Part shown: positions 1 through 8,690 of the stretch, one piece after another
How positions within the stretch are numbered: position 1 is the first letter of the stretch
Layout: every line of letters starts with the position of its first letter
Origin: Promethearchaeota archaeon
GTDB lineage: Archaea > Asgardarchaeota > Lokiarchaeia > Sigyniarchaeales > SOKP01
Reading direction: 5' to 3'
Assembly (NCBI GenBank): GCA_019058445.1
Contig: JAHPZA010000006.1
Coordinates: forward strand, 705,063 to 769,062
DNA: 64,000 nucleotides
Notes under the pieces: model-generated
What the model saw: the letters and a program-made list of their open reading frames with translations, nothing else
Database searches by the model: none
What the model was told of the DNA's origin: nothing
Position numbers and translations under genes: made by a program

Positions 1-1218
1 GGATCTCTATCTGAGTATAGTGCTAGAAGCTATGAGACATCAATTACCTTAAATAAAGAAGATGACCGTGCTTATTTCTATCATGTAAAAAAAAAAGTAA
101 ATGAAATATTTGGACCAGATGCTTTTAAGGAAAATGATGATGAGAGGAATAAGGCAGTTAGATTAAGATGCTCTAGAGCTGAAGTTCACGAAGCATTAAC
201 ACACATAGGTTTAAAACCAGGAAATAAAATTGAAAATGATCTACATATTCCTCCGGAAATTCTTAACAGTAATGATGAACAAGCTCAAATAGATTGCTTG
301 AGAGAGATGACCGATACTGATGGATCTATAGCGTTGAATAGGAAAAAGAGTAGTTTTGGAATACATTTTGGTCTTGGAGCACCTAATTTGGCAAAAGATT
401 TTCAAGCTTTATGTACGAAATTTGGAATAATGTCTGACTATTCTGAATATGAAAAATCTAATAATAAAAAAGGAGTTGGTGTTCATATACAAAATAGAGA
501 ACAGATCAAGAAATTTATTGACACTATAAAGCCACGAAATTTTTTCGAACCCTATCGTAGGAAATATTTAGGAGTGAGTATGATTCATTTGAATCTTCCA
601 GATGAGCTTAAAGATTCCATACAAAATGATATTGATCAAAGACATAAATTATCGCATCAACATTATACAAAAAAATTTACTCTAGATCTGAAAAAGACAT
701 GTGAAAAACACATTCAGAAATATAATGAGAAACAAAAGAAAGAGGGAAGGGAAGGAATTAAAGAGATATTTGGTCATCCTTTTAAGCGTAAAATTAAACG
801 ACAAATGATAGAAAAGGGGATTGAAAGTAATTTCGTTAGAAGAAAGATGAGTTTTAGAACTGATAAAAATTATCAACAAGAAATACATTCGATGGAAAAA
901 GACTTTAAATTAAAAATTATTGATTCTATCTTTGATGAATTCATGAATGAGAAGACCAAATTTTCAAAAGAGAAAGATTTTCTTGATTCAATAAAGAAAA
1001 AATATGATTCCGATCTTTGGATATATGACATGAATGAAAGGAAAAAGCTGGCCATTGAGAATTATGTATCAAAACTAATAAGAGGTGTAAAACACGTAGT
1101 TGATTTACCTCCTGAAATTTCAAATAATCTTTCTGGATACAAGATAAAGGAAAAATCTGGAGGTAGACGCAATGGAAATGATATAGTTGAAATATGGAAA
1201 CGTCGCGTCGGTAATTAA
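1..1218 (+). CDS. LAGLIDADG-type homing-endonuclease-like protein (5' end outside window) with a long Lys/Glu-rich C-terminal extension
   Basis: Frame 1 is open from nt 1, with no stop before the listed ORF at 298. The translation reads ...AQIDCLREMTDTDGSIALNRKK..., which matches the second LAGLIDADG block (h-x-G-h-x-D-T/A-DGS). Upstream sequence (GSLSEYSARSYETSITLNKEDDRAYFYHV...) is consistent with the first half-domain. I recognise no motif in the C-terminal ~200 aa. Confidence 0.45.
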   Translation, partial: GSLSEYSARSYETSITLNKEDDRAYFYHVKKKVNEIFGPDAFKENDDERNKAVRLRCSRAEVHEALTHIGLKPGNKIENDLHIPPEILNSNDEQAQIDCLREMTDTDGSIALNRKKSSFGIHFGLGAPNLAKDFQALCTKFGIMSDYSEYEKSNNKKGVGVHIQNREQIKKFIDTIKPRNFFEPYRRKYLGVSMIHLNLPDELKDSIQNDIDQRHKLSHQHYTKKFTLDLKKTCEKHIQKYNEKQKKEGREGIKEIFGHPFKRKIKRQMIEKGIESNFVRRKMSFRTDKNYQQEIHSMEKDFKLKIIDSIFDEFMNEKTKFSKEKDFLDSIKKKYDSDLWIYDMNERKKLAIENYVSKLIRGVKHVVDLPPEISNNLSGYKIKEKSGGRRNGNDIVEIWKRRVGN

Positions 1219-1374
1219 GATTAAATTGATTCTATTTCTAAATTGATACATATTTGTGATGAAAATGAACAGCTTGAACTCTACCCATCTCATAGACAAA
1301 CACCTTGCGACAAAAGCCTTTTGATTGATCTTTATAATGGAGTCAAAATATTGAAAATCTTTGGAATACAAAAC

Positions 1375-1453
1375 AAAAAAATGAGGTTTTTAATGCATAT
1401 TACGTTGAGGATCAAAAATTTCGATATTATATTATGTAATATCTTTAATTTTC
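1375..1453 (+). repeat. Copy 1 of a diverged ~80-nt direct repeat (partner at 4681..4767) containing a purine-rich box plus a mini-ORF MHITLRIKN...
   Basis: By-eye alignment: ttttaatgcatattacgttgaggatcaaaaatttcgatattatattatgtaat vs ttttaatgcatattatgttgaagatgaaaaattccggtattatgttttataat. About four fifths of positions are identical. Confidence 0.6.
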
Positions 1454-1817
1454 TACTTTTATATTTAAAATAATTATAAGAACTACTTTTAGTAAATTTA
1501 TTGTATTAGTTATTTTTCCTAAATATTCTTTAAATATTTTATTAAGAAAAGAAGCAGAACGATTAACACAAGAATTGAATTTATTTAAGAAAAATTAATT
1601 TAACAGATTTTAATTATTATTTTAATTGTTTTTTTAAAAAAAGAGAATTATAAAAAATTATTCTTATTTTTTTACCTTTCCTGAGTTTTGTAGAAATAAT
1701 CCCTCTCTCACAACCAAAAAGGCACTGGAATTATAGAAAGACCCCGTTCTTTCTCTATACTGTACGAACTGCTTTTCCAATCGACCAGAAAAGCCATTTA
1801 AAGTGAAAAGAAGGATT

Positions 1818-2846
1818 TTATACTCTTTTAGGTTTTAACCAATTATCCAAGGATTTATTTTTCTTTTGAGCGATATCCCAGAAATTTTTTACCAAGACAT
1901 CATCTAAATTTTTAAATCTAAAATTCCGATAATATTCAATCATGTCTAACCATTTAGCTTCCTTATCCTCTCTACAACAAAACAGCAATGAATAATAGAA
2001 ATTTTTATCATTGTAAATTTTTAATCTTTCAATCCTGCCGAATCCAATTTTTTTCAATTGGTTCATATAAATATCACATAAATCTTTTTTTTTTGTAAGG
2101 GGATCTATTTCTATTCCAAAAAATCTTCTAACTTTCGCAGGAGATCTTTTCAGACATCGAACAACATTATCTTGAAAAGTGATTATCATATCTCCGTATT
2201 CATGGATCTTAATAATTGATTGAATAGTGGAAAAATCAATATCCATTCCTTCATTATCTATAACCATAAGATAATTTGAGATCTTATAATTCTCCTTAAT
2301 GCGTCGTATAACGTCAATAACCCAATAATTAGAGTCGATTACTTTTTGCGTAGTATCAATTTTAAAATTAATTGGTTCAGAATTTGAATTACTTATAGCT
2401 TCAAATCTCTTTTGTAGCACTTTTCTTCTTTCCAATGACCAATCGTTCATAAAAAAACCTTTAAAACCTCTTTTTTTCCTTTTTGATATTAATGCGGCGT
2501 TTATAGAAGTACCCGGAAATAGAAATTCATCTCGTCCTTGATTTTTCGTAATTCGGTTCATCCCATAACTACTGAGAAGTCCTATATAAAAAGTTTCTAT
2601 AAATTTATACTTCCCTAAGATTGTTAAATATTCTGAAATATAACTTTTAATCACAATTTGTTTTATAGGCATCCACCACCCAGAACCATCGAGACGTGTA
2701 TAATATTGATTTTTATTAAGCCAAGGAAATTTTGGTAAATTTTTGAGATAATTAGTATCATCTACAAGAGATTGAATATTCCCTAGGTGGAAATCAAAAT
2801 CATTTTTTTTATTTTTTTTATTCTTATATGATTCACTAGCAGCCAT
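1818..2846 (-). CDS. Hypothetical protein, possibly TcmP-like (three-Cys-motif partner protein) paired with the downstream small radical-SAM enzyme
   Basis: 342-aa ORF on the same strand as the rSAM gene. The N-terminal third (PIKQIVIKSYISEYLTILGKY...FYIGLLSSYGMN) resembles, from memory, the h-K-x-x-h-h-x-x-Y-h...h-D-h-F-A-G-x-G pattern of TcmP. The acidic residue is not conserved, so the call is weak. Confidence 0.3.
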   Translation of the reverse strand: MAASESYKNKKNKKNDFDFHLGNIQSLVDDTNYLKNLPKFPWLNKNQYYTRLDGSGWWMPIKQIVIKSYISEYLTILGKYKFIETFYIGLLSSYGMNRITKNQGRDEFLFPGTSINAALISKRKKRGFKGFFMNDWSLERRKVLQKRFEAISNSNSEPINFKIDTTQKVIDSNYWVIDVIRRIKENYKISNYLMVIDNEGMDIDFSTIQSIIKIHEYGDMIITFQDNVVRCLKRSPAKVRRFFGIEIDPLTKKKDLCDIYMNQLKKIGFGRIERLKIYNDKNFYYSLLFCCREDKEAKWLDMIEYYRNFRFKNLDDVLVKNFWDIAQKKNKSLDNWLKPKRV

Positions 2847-3124
2847 ATTGATCTACACAATTTTCTTAATTAATTGATATGCAGCAGTCAATGTGTTAAT
2901 ATAAATTCTGTTATTAATCTGATGTTTATATAGATAAAATGAATCCAGAAAGGAAACAGATATTTTTGTCGGGAAGAGCTCAAATAATAGCCCAAATAAT
3001 ATTCCGACAAATATACTCTATATACTAATAAAGATATAATTTGAATTGGTTTATATAATAGTTGGGAGTGATAGTTTTTTAATAATATATTAGTGTCTAA
3101 AATTCATTAATGATTCAGAATGTA

Positions 3125-3889
3125 TTAACTTAAAAGAAAGTTAAAGATACTATCTTTAATTCTGAGAATATCCTTATTATAATTACTGGATTTTTTTACA
3201 ATTTTTATAAGATTTTCTTTAGCTACAATCATTTTAATTCTATTATAAAATTTTTTTTCATAAGGTGTCAAGTTAGCGACCCTTATATAATTCATTTTAC
3301 CAATCCAAATAGACTCCGTTACAAAAGGTCTTAATTTTTCCACTAAAATATAGGGATCTGAATCCAGAAAAGGTTCAATAGATATACTGGTCTTATACTC
3401 ATTGTCATATGCATATTTCAATGAATCTAGCCTCTCTTCAAGTGAAGGAGCTCCAGGTTCCCAAAAGTCAAGATTTTCTTTATTTATTGAGGTTATGGTA
3501 AAACGAAATTGGATCGAATCTTTGTTGTCCTTAAATCGCTCACAAATCTTCTTAACACAATATAGATTTGGTTTTGTAGTGATTAATACTTCATTTTCCG
3601 CTTTAAGTAATTTCTGCAATACAATTATGCTGTTTTCTAAGCTCTCAAGAGTAATATCATGGGATGTAGGGAACATAACTCGACCTGTTCTTTTGTTGTA
3701 ATTCTTAAAAATTGCTTTTTGATTCGGAACCATAATTTTCCAATTTTCTTTGGTTTTTCGACCAAATCGAATGGCCATTTTTTTAGCATAACAATAACGA
3801 CAATTATTACTACACCCATAATAACAATTAACGTTGCTATCTGCCCATTCTTTAGTACCTATAGTGATCTTTTGTATTTTACTTTTCAT
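3125..3889 (-). CDS. Small radical SAM enzyme, SplB/COG1533 ('DNA repair photolyase')-like
   Basis: N-terminal NCYYGCSNNCRYCYAKK contains the CxxxCxxC cluster motif in the context G-C-x-x-x-C-x-Y-C-Y-A typical of this small rSAM family. Length is 254 aa. Confidence 0.6.
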   Translation of the reverse strand: MKSKIQKITIGTKEWADSNVNCYYGCSNNCRYCYAKKMAIRFGRKTKENWKIMVPNQKAIFKNYNKRTGRVMFPTSHDITLESLENSIIVLQKLLKAENEVLITTKPNLYCVKKICERFKDNKDSIQFRFTITSINKENLDFWEPGAPSLEERLDSLKYAYDNEYKTSISIEPFLDSDPYILVEKLRPFVTESIWIGKMNYIRVANLTPYEKKFYNRIKMIVAKENLIKIVKKSSNYNKDILRIKDSIFNFLLS

Positions 3890-4449
3890 TATTTTGTACC
3901 TTTATTCAATCTATATAAAGAAAAACATTAAATAATTTTATGGACTCAACTTATTTTCTAAAAAAAAGAAATTACAAATTTAGTTAAAGTAAAGTGTTAT
4001 TGAGAAGATAAAATCATATCGTAAAAGTGAAGTATATTATCAAGAATTAAGAGGTTAGATGCAATTGATAAGATAAGGAGTAATCTTCTTGATTCCTATA
4101 ATGAGTAAGAGTTTAAGTAAGGTTTAATAACAAAAGCTTATAAAGGGTTATGGTCTTATTTTGTTTGATGGTGGAAGAATCGAACTATGGTGCTTCTTAC
4201 AAGCATTCATTCTTTTTTTTTTTTATAAAATGAGAGGTATTCTTGAAAAACTATAGAAATATTATTTTAATTTATTCATTTTTTCTATTTCATCAAATAT
4301 TTTAATGAAATTTTTTATATCTTTTAATTAAATTATATAAATTATATATATGGTTAATAAAATTCATCAAATTAATATATTCAGATGCATTATATTTAGA
4401 TAATGAAATATAACATAAATATTAAAAATACGCTATTAAAAATTATAAA

Positions 4450-4638
4450 ATGCAGGTGAAAACATTGGATGAAAAGAGACGTGAAAAATTAATGAGACGT
4501 GCTTGTGAGATAAGTCAAGAAATAAATAAACAATTTGATGCAAGTCCGAATGGTGTTATTGGAAGTTTATCTGGAAGTAATACTGCTAAATTAATTAACG
4601 AATTAGCTCGCATTAATAAAAAACTTGGTCTAAAATAA
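4450..4638 (+). CDS. Small hypothetical protein (62 aa, predicted helical, basic)
   Basis: ORF only. It is followed 45-60 nt downstream by repeat copy 2. No motif recognised. Confidence 0.3.
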   Translation: MQVKTLDEKRREKLMRRACEISQEINKQFDASPNGVIGSLSGSNTAKLINELARINKKLGLK

Positions 4639-4680
4639 GGTAAAATCTAATTACTAACATAGATAAGACTCTTTTTTTGA

Positions 4681-4767
4681 AAAATGAAAAGGAAGGAGAT
4701 TTTTAATGCATATTATGTTGAAGATGAAAAATTCCGGTATTATGTTTTATAATTAATCTCAATGAAA
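4681..4767 (+). repeat. Copy 2 of the diverged ~80-nt direct repeat (partner 1375..1453), with mini-ORF MHIMLKMKNSGIMFYN preceded by GGAAGGAG
   Basis: See copy 1. Relative to copy 1 it carries an extra aaaggaag insertion in the purine-rich leader. Confidence 0.6.
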
Positions 4768-4944
4768 AACTTGTAGTTATGTGATAAAATAATGATTAAT
4801 GTCTCGTAACTTTTTTTAACTAAACTTTTATTTTTTATAGTTTTAGGATTTAGAATTCCTAATTATTAATTTCATATTATAGTGGAGTTTTAAAACGATT
4901 TTAATATAATAAGAACATTCCTATATATAGACAAATATTTTCAA

Positions 4945-6657
4945 GTGAAATCAAAAATGTCTCGAAATTCATATAAAAGTAAAACTCCAATTCGAAAACT
5001 AGAATTTTCAATAAATAATTTTAAATCTATCACTTCTGAAGTTTTTATGAAATTGAAACCTATCACAATTTATTGTGGAGTAAATAGTTCAGGCAAAAGC
5101 TCTATACTCCAAAGCCAGTTACTCATTTCTCAATCATATTCTAGAGATAAACCCCGATACGTAATCGAAAAGAAACAAATTCCTCAAATTTTTATTTTTG
5201 AGGGTCATCATTGTCATCTTCAAGATTTTAGAAATATTGTTTTTGAGAATAATATAAATAATGAATTAATCTTTAAATGGAAGTTTAAGCGCAATGGTAG
5301 AATAATTCTTAATGAAATAAATTGTAGTTATATTAAGGATGAAGACTATTTCACTAAAGGTTATCCTCTGGTCAAAAAAATTAAAACAGAGATAATAGAA
5401 GATGATAGATCAAAATTTGTCAATTTTTCATTAAATGAAAAACAGATACCTTATTACGATGTAAGTTTTACAAATTTAGAGCTTGATGCAAAAGAATTTT
5501 CTTCAAAACGAGTAAAAATTCCAAAGTTTTTAATAAAAGATAAAAAGGCATTTAATAGTTTTGTTGAATCAATATTTGATGAAATATATATAGTTGATGC
5601 TAAAAATAAAATAACCGAAATTAAAATAAAAAAAATAAAAGTTAGTTTTCAAAGTATATTTCCACAAAGTCTGGATATATATGAATACTTAAAAGAAAAA
5701 TCTGATTTTAAAAAAAAGTTTGACGATTTATTAAATATTGATGAGAAAAGAATTGGATCTATCAGGGAATTCTCTGTTGAGGATGTCAAGAGATTTATTG
5801 CTAGAGATATTTTTGATTTTTTTAGCTATTTTATAAACCATACAATTGACGATTGTTATTATCCACTAAATAACTTTTATGAGAAAATAAAATATCTCGG
5901 GCCATTAAGGGAAGAACCAAAAAGATTTTATTCATTTACCGATCTGGGACTTTTAGATCTAGGTTTAAAAGGTGAAAATACAACTCAAGTTTTAACAATT
6001 CAAAAAGATGTACAAATAGATTTTCTGAAATTACAGAATTTAAACAATCAAATTGGGTTTTCAGACGTATCTAAAAAATCTCTACTAGATACATTGAATG
6101 AATGGTTGGAAATAATGAATTTACAACAAATACGACCAAAATTAGAGATGGAATTAATAACAAAAATACTAGTTGATTATTCTAAAAACCAACCTCCTGA
6201 TTCACCGGTATCTATTCCTGATGTAGGCTTTGGACTAAGTCAGATATTACCAGTATTAGTTAAAACATTAATGATGCAAAAAGATGAAACACTAATATTA
6301 GAACAACCAGAAATTCACCTTCATCCAAGGATGCAAGGAGATCTTGCTGATTTTTTATTATGTAATGCCTATTTAGGTAAGAAATTTATTATAGAAACTC
6401 ATAGTGAACATTTAATTAAAAGATTATGTCTTAGAATAGCCCAATTTAAAGATATTGATCTTTCAAAACTAATCAGCGTTTATTTCATTATTCCTAATCA
6501 AATTAATGGAGGATCAGATATAATTGATGTTAAGATTAATGAATTTGGAAGAATTCTAAATTGGCCTAAAGGATTTTTTGATGAAAATGAAGATGGTAAA
6601 TTACTAGAAGAAAGTTACAAAAAAAAACAATATAAAAACCATACTAATAAAGAGTAA
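4945..6657 (+). CDS. AAA_15/21-type (ABC/SMC-like) ATPase with a DUF3696-like C-terminus
   Basis: Walker A is YCGVNSSGKSSILQS. The signature/Walker B region is LILEQPEIHLHP, followed by IIETHSEHLIKRL (H-loop). The C-terminal NWPKGFF is characteristic of DUF3696. GTG at 4945 or ATG at 4957 could be the start. Confidence 0.7.
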   Translation: MKSKMSRNSYKSKTPIRKLEFSINNFKSITSEVFMKLKPITIYCGVNSSGKSSILQSQLLISQSYSRDKPRYVIEKKQIPQIFIFEGHHCHLQDFRNIVFENNINNELIFKWKFKRNGRIILNEINCSYIKDEDYFTKGYPLVKKIKTEIIEDDRSKFVNFSLNEKQIPYYDVSFTNLELDAKEFSSKRVKIPKFLIKDKKAFNSFVESIFDEIYIVDAKNKITEIKIKKIKVSFQSIFPQSLDIYEYLKEKSDFKKKFDDLLNIDEKRIGSIREFSVEDVKRFIARDIFDFFSYFINHTIDDCYYPLNNFYEKIKYLGPLREEPKRFYSFTDLGLLDLGLKGENTTQVLTIQKDVQIDFLKLQNLNNQIGFSDVSKKSLLDTLNEWLEIMNLQQIRPKLEMELITKILVDYSKNQPPDSPVSIPDVGFGLSQILPVLVKTLMMQKDETLILEQPEIHLHPRMQGDLADFLLCNAYLGKKFIIETHSEHLIKRLCLRIAQFKDIDLSKLISVYFIIPNQINGGSDIIDVKINEFGRILNWPKGFFDENEDGKLLEESYKKKQYKNHTNKE

Positions 6658-7637
6658 TGAAACCTGTAAATTATTTTTTAGATGCTGCTTTTCTTTCAAC
6701 GAATAATGTTGATGAGTATAAAAAAGAAAAATTATTGCATAAACTTGCGCAGTTTCATAACGAAATTATCAAAATTGAAGATAAATTTCTTTTTGAGGGA
6801 GCTAGGCAGAAGATAATAAACATTCCCATAAAAAATAATTTTATTTGTAAATGTCTAATGCATCCGCCTAGCTTAGATGCTCAATTAACGAATTCTTTTT
6901 ATAAAATATTTAATATTATTGAAGGAAAATATATGATCGAATGCAATATTGATTTTGAATGTGAACAAGAGCAGATTTATGAAAATAAATCAATTCCACC
7001 AGATATTGAAAAAGAGTTTAATGATTTTTTAGATGGATGTATTAAGAGTAGAAATCCTTCTTGTATATGTGAAGATTTTTCACTTAATGTCCCAGTCTTC
7101 ATAACCGAAAAAACAATTCTAAAAAATAATAAAAAATTTGTTCCCTTTAAAAATCCAAATGATTTAAAACGTAATTTTCCGATTTTAGCCTTTTATCCTT
7201 CTTTGGATGATGATGATAAAATAAAAGAAAAAAAAATAAAATTTCTTATTGAAATTCATTTGATAAAAAAGGGTATTAATATTGTAGATTTAATAGATTC
7301 TAAAGATGAAAATGAAGATATTGATGATCCCCTTAATTCCAAACTTCAAATTATGGATGAATTTTGGGAGAGTGATTTAATAGTCATAGATAATCAAAAA
7401 TACAAAGAAAAATTAATCGAAACTATATCGGAATTAGTTGCAGATCCTATATCAATGAAAAATAGAATGCATAAATTAAACCATGAATTTGTTGAAATTA
7501 ACGGAAAAAAAAAGAAATTAGATCAAGTAGATATATTTCAAGAATTTAGAATTGATGGATATGATATTTACCCAAGGTTATTATTTAGTATTATAAAGGG
7601 AAAAATATATTTTTATAAAATCATAAATCGTCATTGA
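6657..7637 (+). CDS. Unknown partner protein of the DUF3696 ATPase, translationally coupled; its C-terminal ~50 aa are weakly RelE/ParE-like
   Basis: The ATG overlaps the ATPase stop (TAATGA at 6655-6660). The protein has Cys-rich patches (CKCLMH, CICED). The C-terminus FQEFRIDGYDIYPRLLFSIIKGKIYFYKIINRH resembles the R-h-x-x-Y-R-h-h-Y...h-h-x-h-x-x-R strand pattern of RelE/ParE toxins. Confidence 0.5.
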   Translation: MKPVNYFLDAAFLSTNNVDEYKKEKLLHKLAQFHNEIIKIEDKFLFEGARQKIINIPIKNNFICKCLMHPPSLDAQLTNSFYKIFNIIEGKYMIECNIDFECEQEQIYENKSIPPDIEKEFNDFLDGCIKSRNPSCICEDFSLNVPVFITEKTILKNNKKFVPFKNPNDLKRNFPILAFYPSLDDDDKIKEKKIKFLIEIHLIKKGINIVDLIDSKDENEDIDDPLNSKLQIMDEFWESDLIVIDNQKYKEKLIETISELVADPISMKNRMHKLNHEFVEINGKKKKLDQVDIFQEFRIDGYDIYPRLLFSIIKGKIYFYKIINRH

Positions 7638-7971
7638 ATCTAAGATTTTTTAAAATTCTCTTTAATTGAGATATAATATATTTGAGATTTAGATTTTATG
7701 ATTATAAAAAGCTATATTATGCTATTTTGTAATAAAATTATGATTAATTTTTCATAAAATTTTTTTTGTAATTTTTATATTTCATAGTTTCGCGCACTCT
7801 AGACTTATTTTTTTAAATACGTAAGCTTTAAATAGGTAAATTCATATATAGTAAATAACAACTTTACTGTAAACGATTACTTTACAAAGTTCTGGTTTAC
7901 ATAAACTTATAAGAGTAAAACAAAAAAACTATGAAAATTGATATGATAAAAATAAAAGTAATGAGGGAGAT

Positions 7972-8667
7972 GTGAAAATTACCGTGATCGAAGATTATTT
8001 TGATGATTTTCTCAATGGTCGTGGTTTTAATCAGAGATCAGATCGTGTAACCATCTCGAAAAAGGACTATCAAAAACTGATTGATATCACAGAACAATAT
8101 GAATTACTTGCGGCTGAACACAAGAAAATCAAATCTCAAAATGATGCCTTACTCAAAGAACTTGATGATTTAAAAGATGATGGCCGAAAATTCAAAGAAT
8201 TAGAAGAAGAGAAAGAAAAATATTTAAACTCGTTATTAAGAGCGAGGGCGGATCTTGAAAATTACAAGAAAGTATCAGACCGAGAAAATCAAAGATACAG
8301 AGATTATGTGATGAAAGATTTGCTACTCAAGTTAGTTAATCATTATGATGACTTGAATAGAGCATTAGACCTATTAGAAGTAAGTGAAAATGTTGATTCA
8401 ATCGTGAAAGGTTTTAAAATATTAGTAAAAAATTATGAAAAATTACTTTCCGATGAGGGGGTAAAACCTATGAACTGTGAGGGGGAAATTTTCGACCCTT
8501 ACAAACATGAAGCTATGATGGTTGAGGAATCTAGTGATGATAATCTCCCTGAAAATACAATTTTGGAAGAATTAGATAAAGGGTATTATTATAAAGATAA
8601 AGTGCTGAAACCAGCACGAGTAAAAATTTCAAAAAAATCGAATTTAAAAAACGAAAATAAAAATTAG
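7972..8667 (+). CDS. grpE: Nucleotide exchange factor GrpE
   Basis: Coiled-coil N-terminus, then LRARADLENYKKVSDRE and a C-terminal beta domain GEIFDPYKHEAMM. The GTG start is preceded by GAGGGAG. It is the first gene of the chaperone row. Confidence 0.9.
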   Translation: MKITVIEDYFDDFLNGRGFNQRSDRVTISKKDYQKLIDITEQYELLAAEHKKIKSQNDALLKELDDLKDDGRKFKELEEEKEKYLNSLLRARADLENYKKVSDRENQRYRDYVMKDLLLKLVNHYDDLNRALDLLEVSENVDSIVKGFKILVKNYEKLLSDEGVKPMNCEGEIFDPYKHEAMMVEESSDDNLPENTILEELDKGYYYKDKVLKPARVKISKKSNLKNENKN

Positions 8668-8690
8668 AAATTAAATGGAAGTGAATAAAT

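Noticed and set aside
1243-1473. 76-aa ORF downstream of the LAGLIDADG-like gene, plus antisense ORFs 682..1371
   Set aside because: These are low-complexity AT-driven ORFs. Only the last ~26 codons of 1243..1473 coincide with the conserved repeat mini-ORF, which is reported separately.
1680-1817. Locally GC-richer stretch with a 29-aa minus-strand ORF (MAFLVDWKSSSYSIEKERGLSIIPVPFWL), considered as a gene remnant or small RNA
   Set aside because: No motif, repeat partner or stable secondary structure could be identified by eye. It may be the 3' UTR or a remnant next to the TcmP-like gene, but it cannot be supported.
4169-4205. tRNA-like fragment on the minus strand (reverse complement ...gcaccatagTTCGATTcttccacca) plus a nearby 5-bp hairpin tgctt-gtaag-aagca, considered as a tRNA gene or a tRNA-derived att site
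   Set aside because: The sequence flanking the TTCGATT 'T-loop' cannot form a T-stem (catag vs cttcc). The hairpin loop is 5 nt rather than a 7-nt anticodon loop with U33, and no acceptor stem can be drawn. It is probably a chance match in AT-rich DNA.
7868-7901. Inverted repeat TGTAAAC-N20-GTTTACA and direct ACTTTAC repeats upstream of grpE, considered as a heat-shock operator; also TTTAAATA boxes at about 7812 and 7827 as TATA elements
   Set aside because: A 7-nt A/T-rich repeat and TATA-like strings are expected by chance in an intergenic region this AT-rich. I have no matching known archaeal heat-shock regulator site to cite, so I cannot support a regulatory call.
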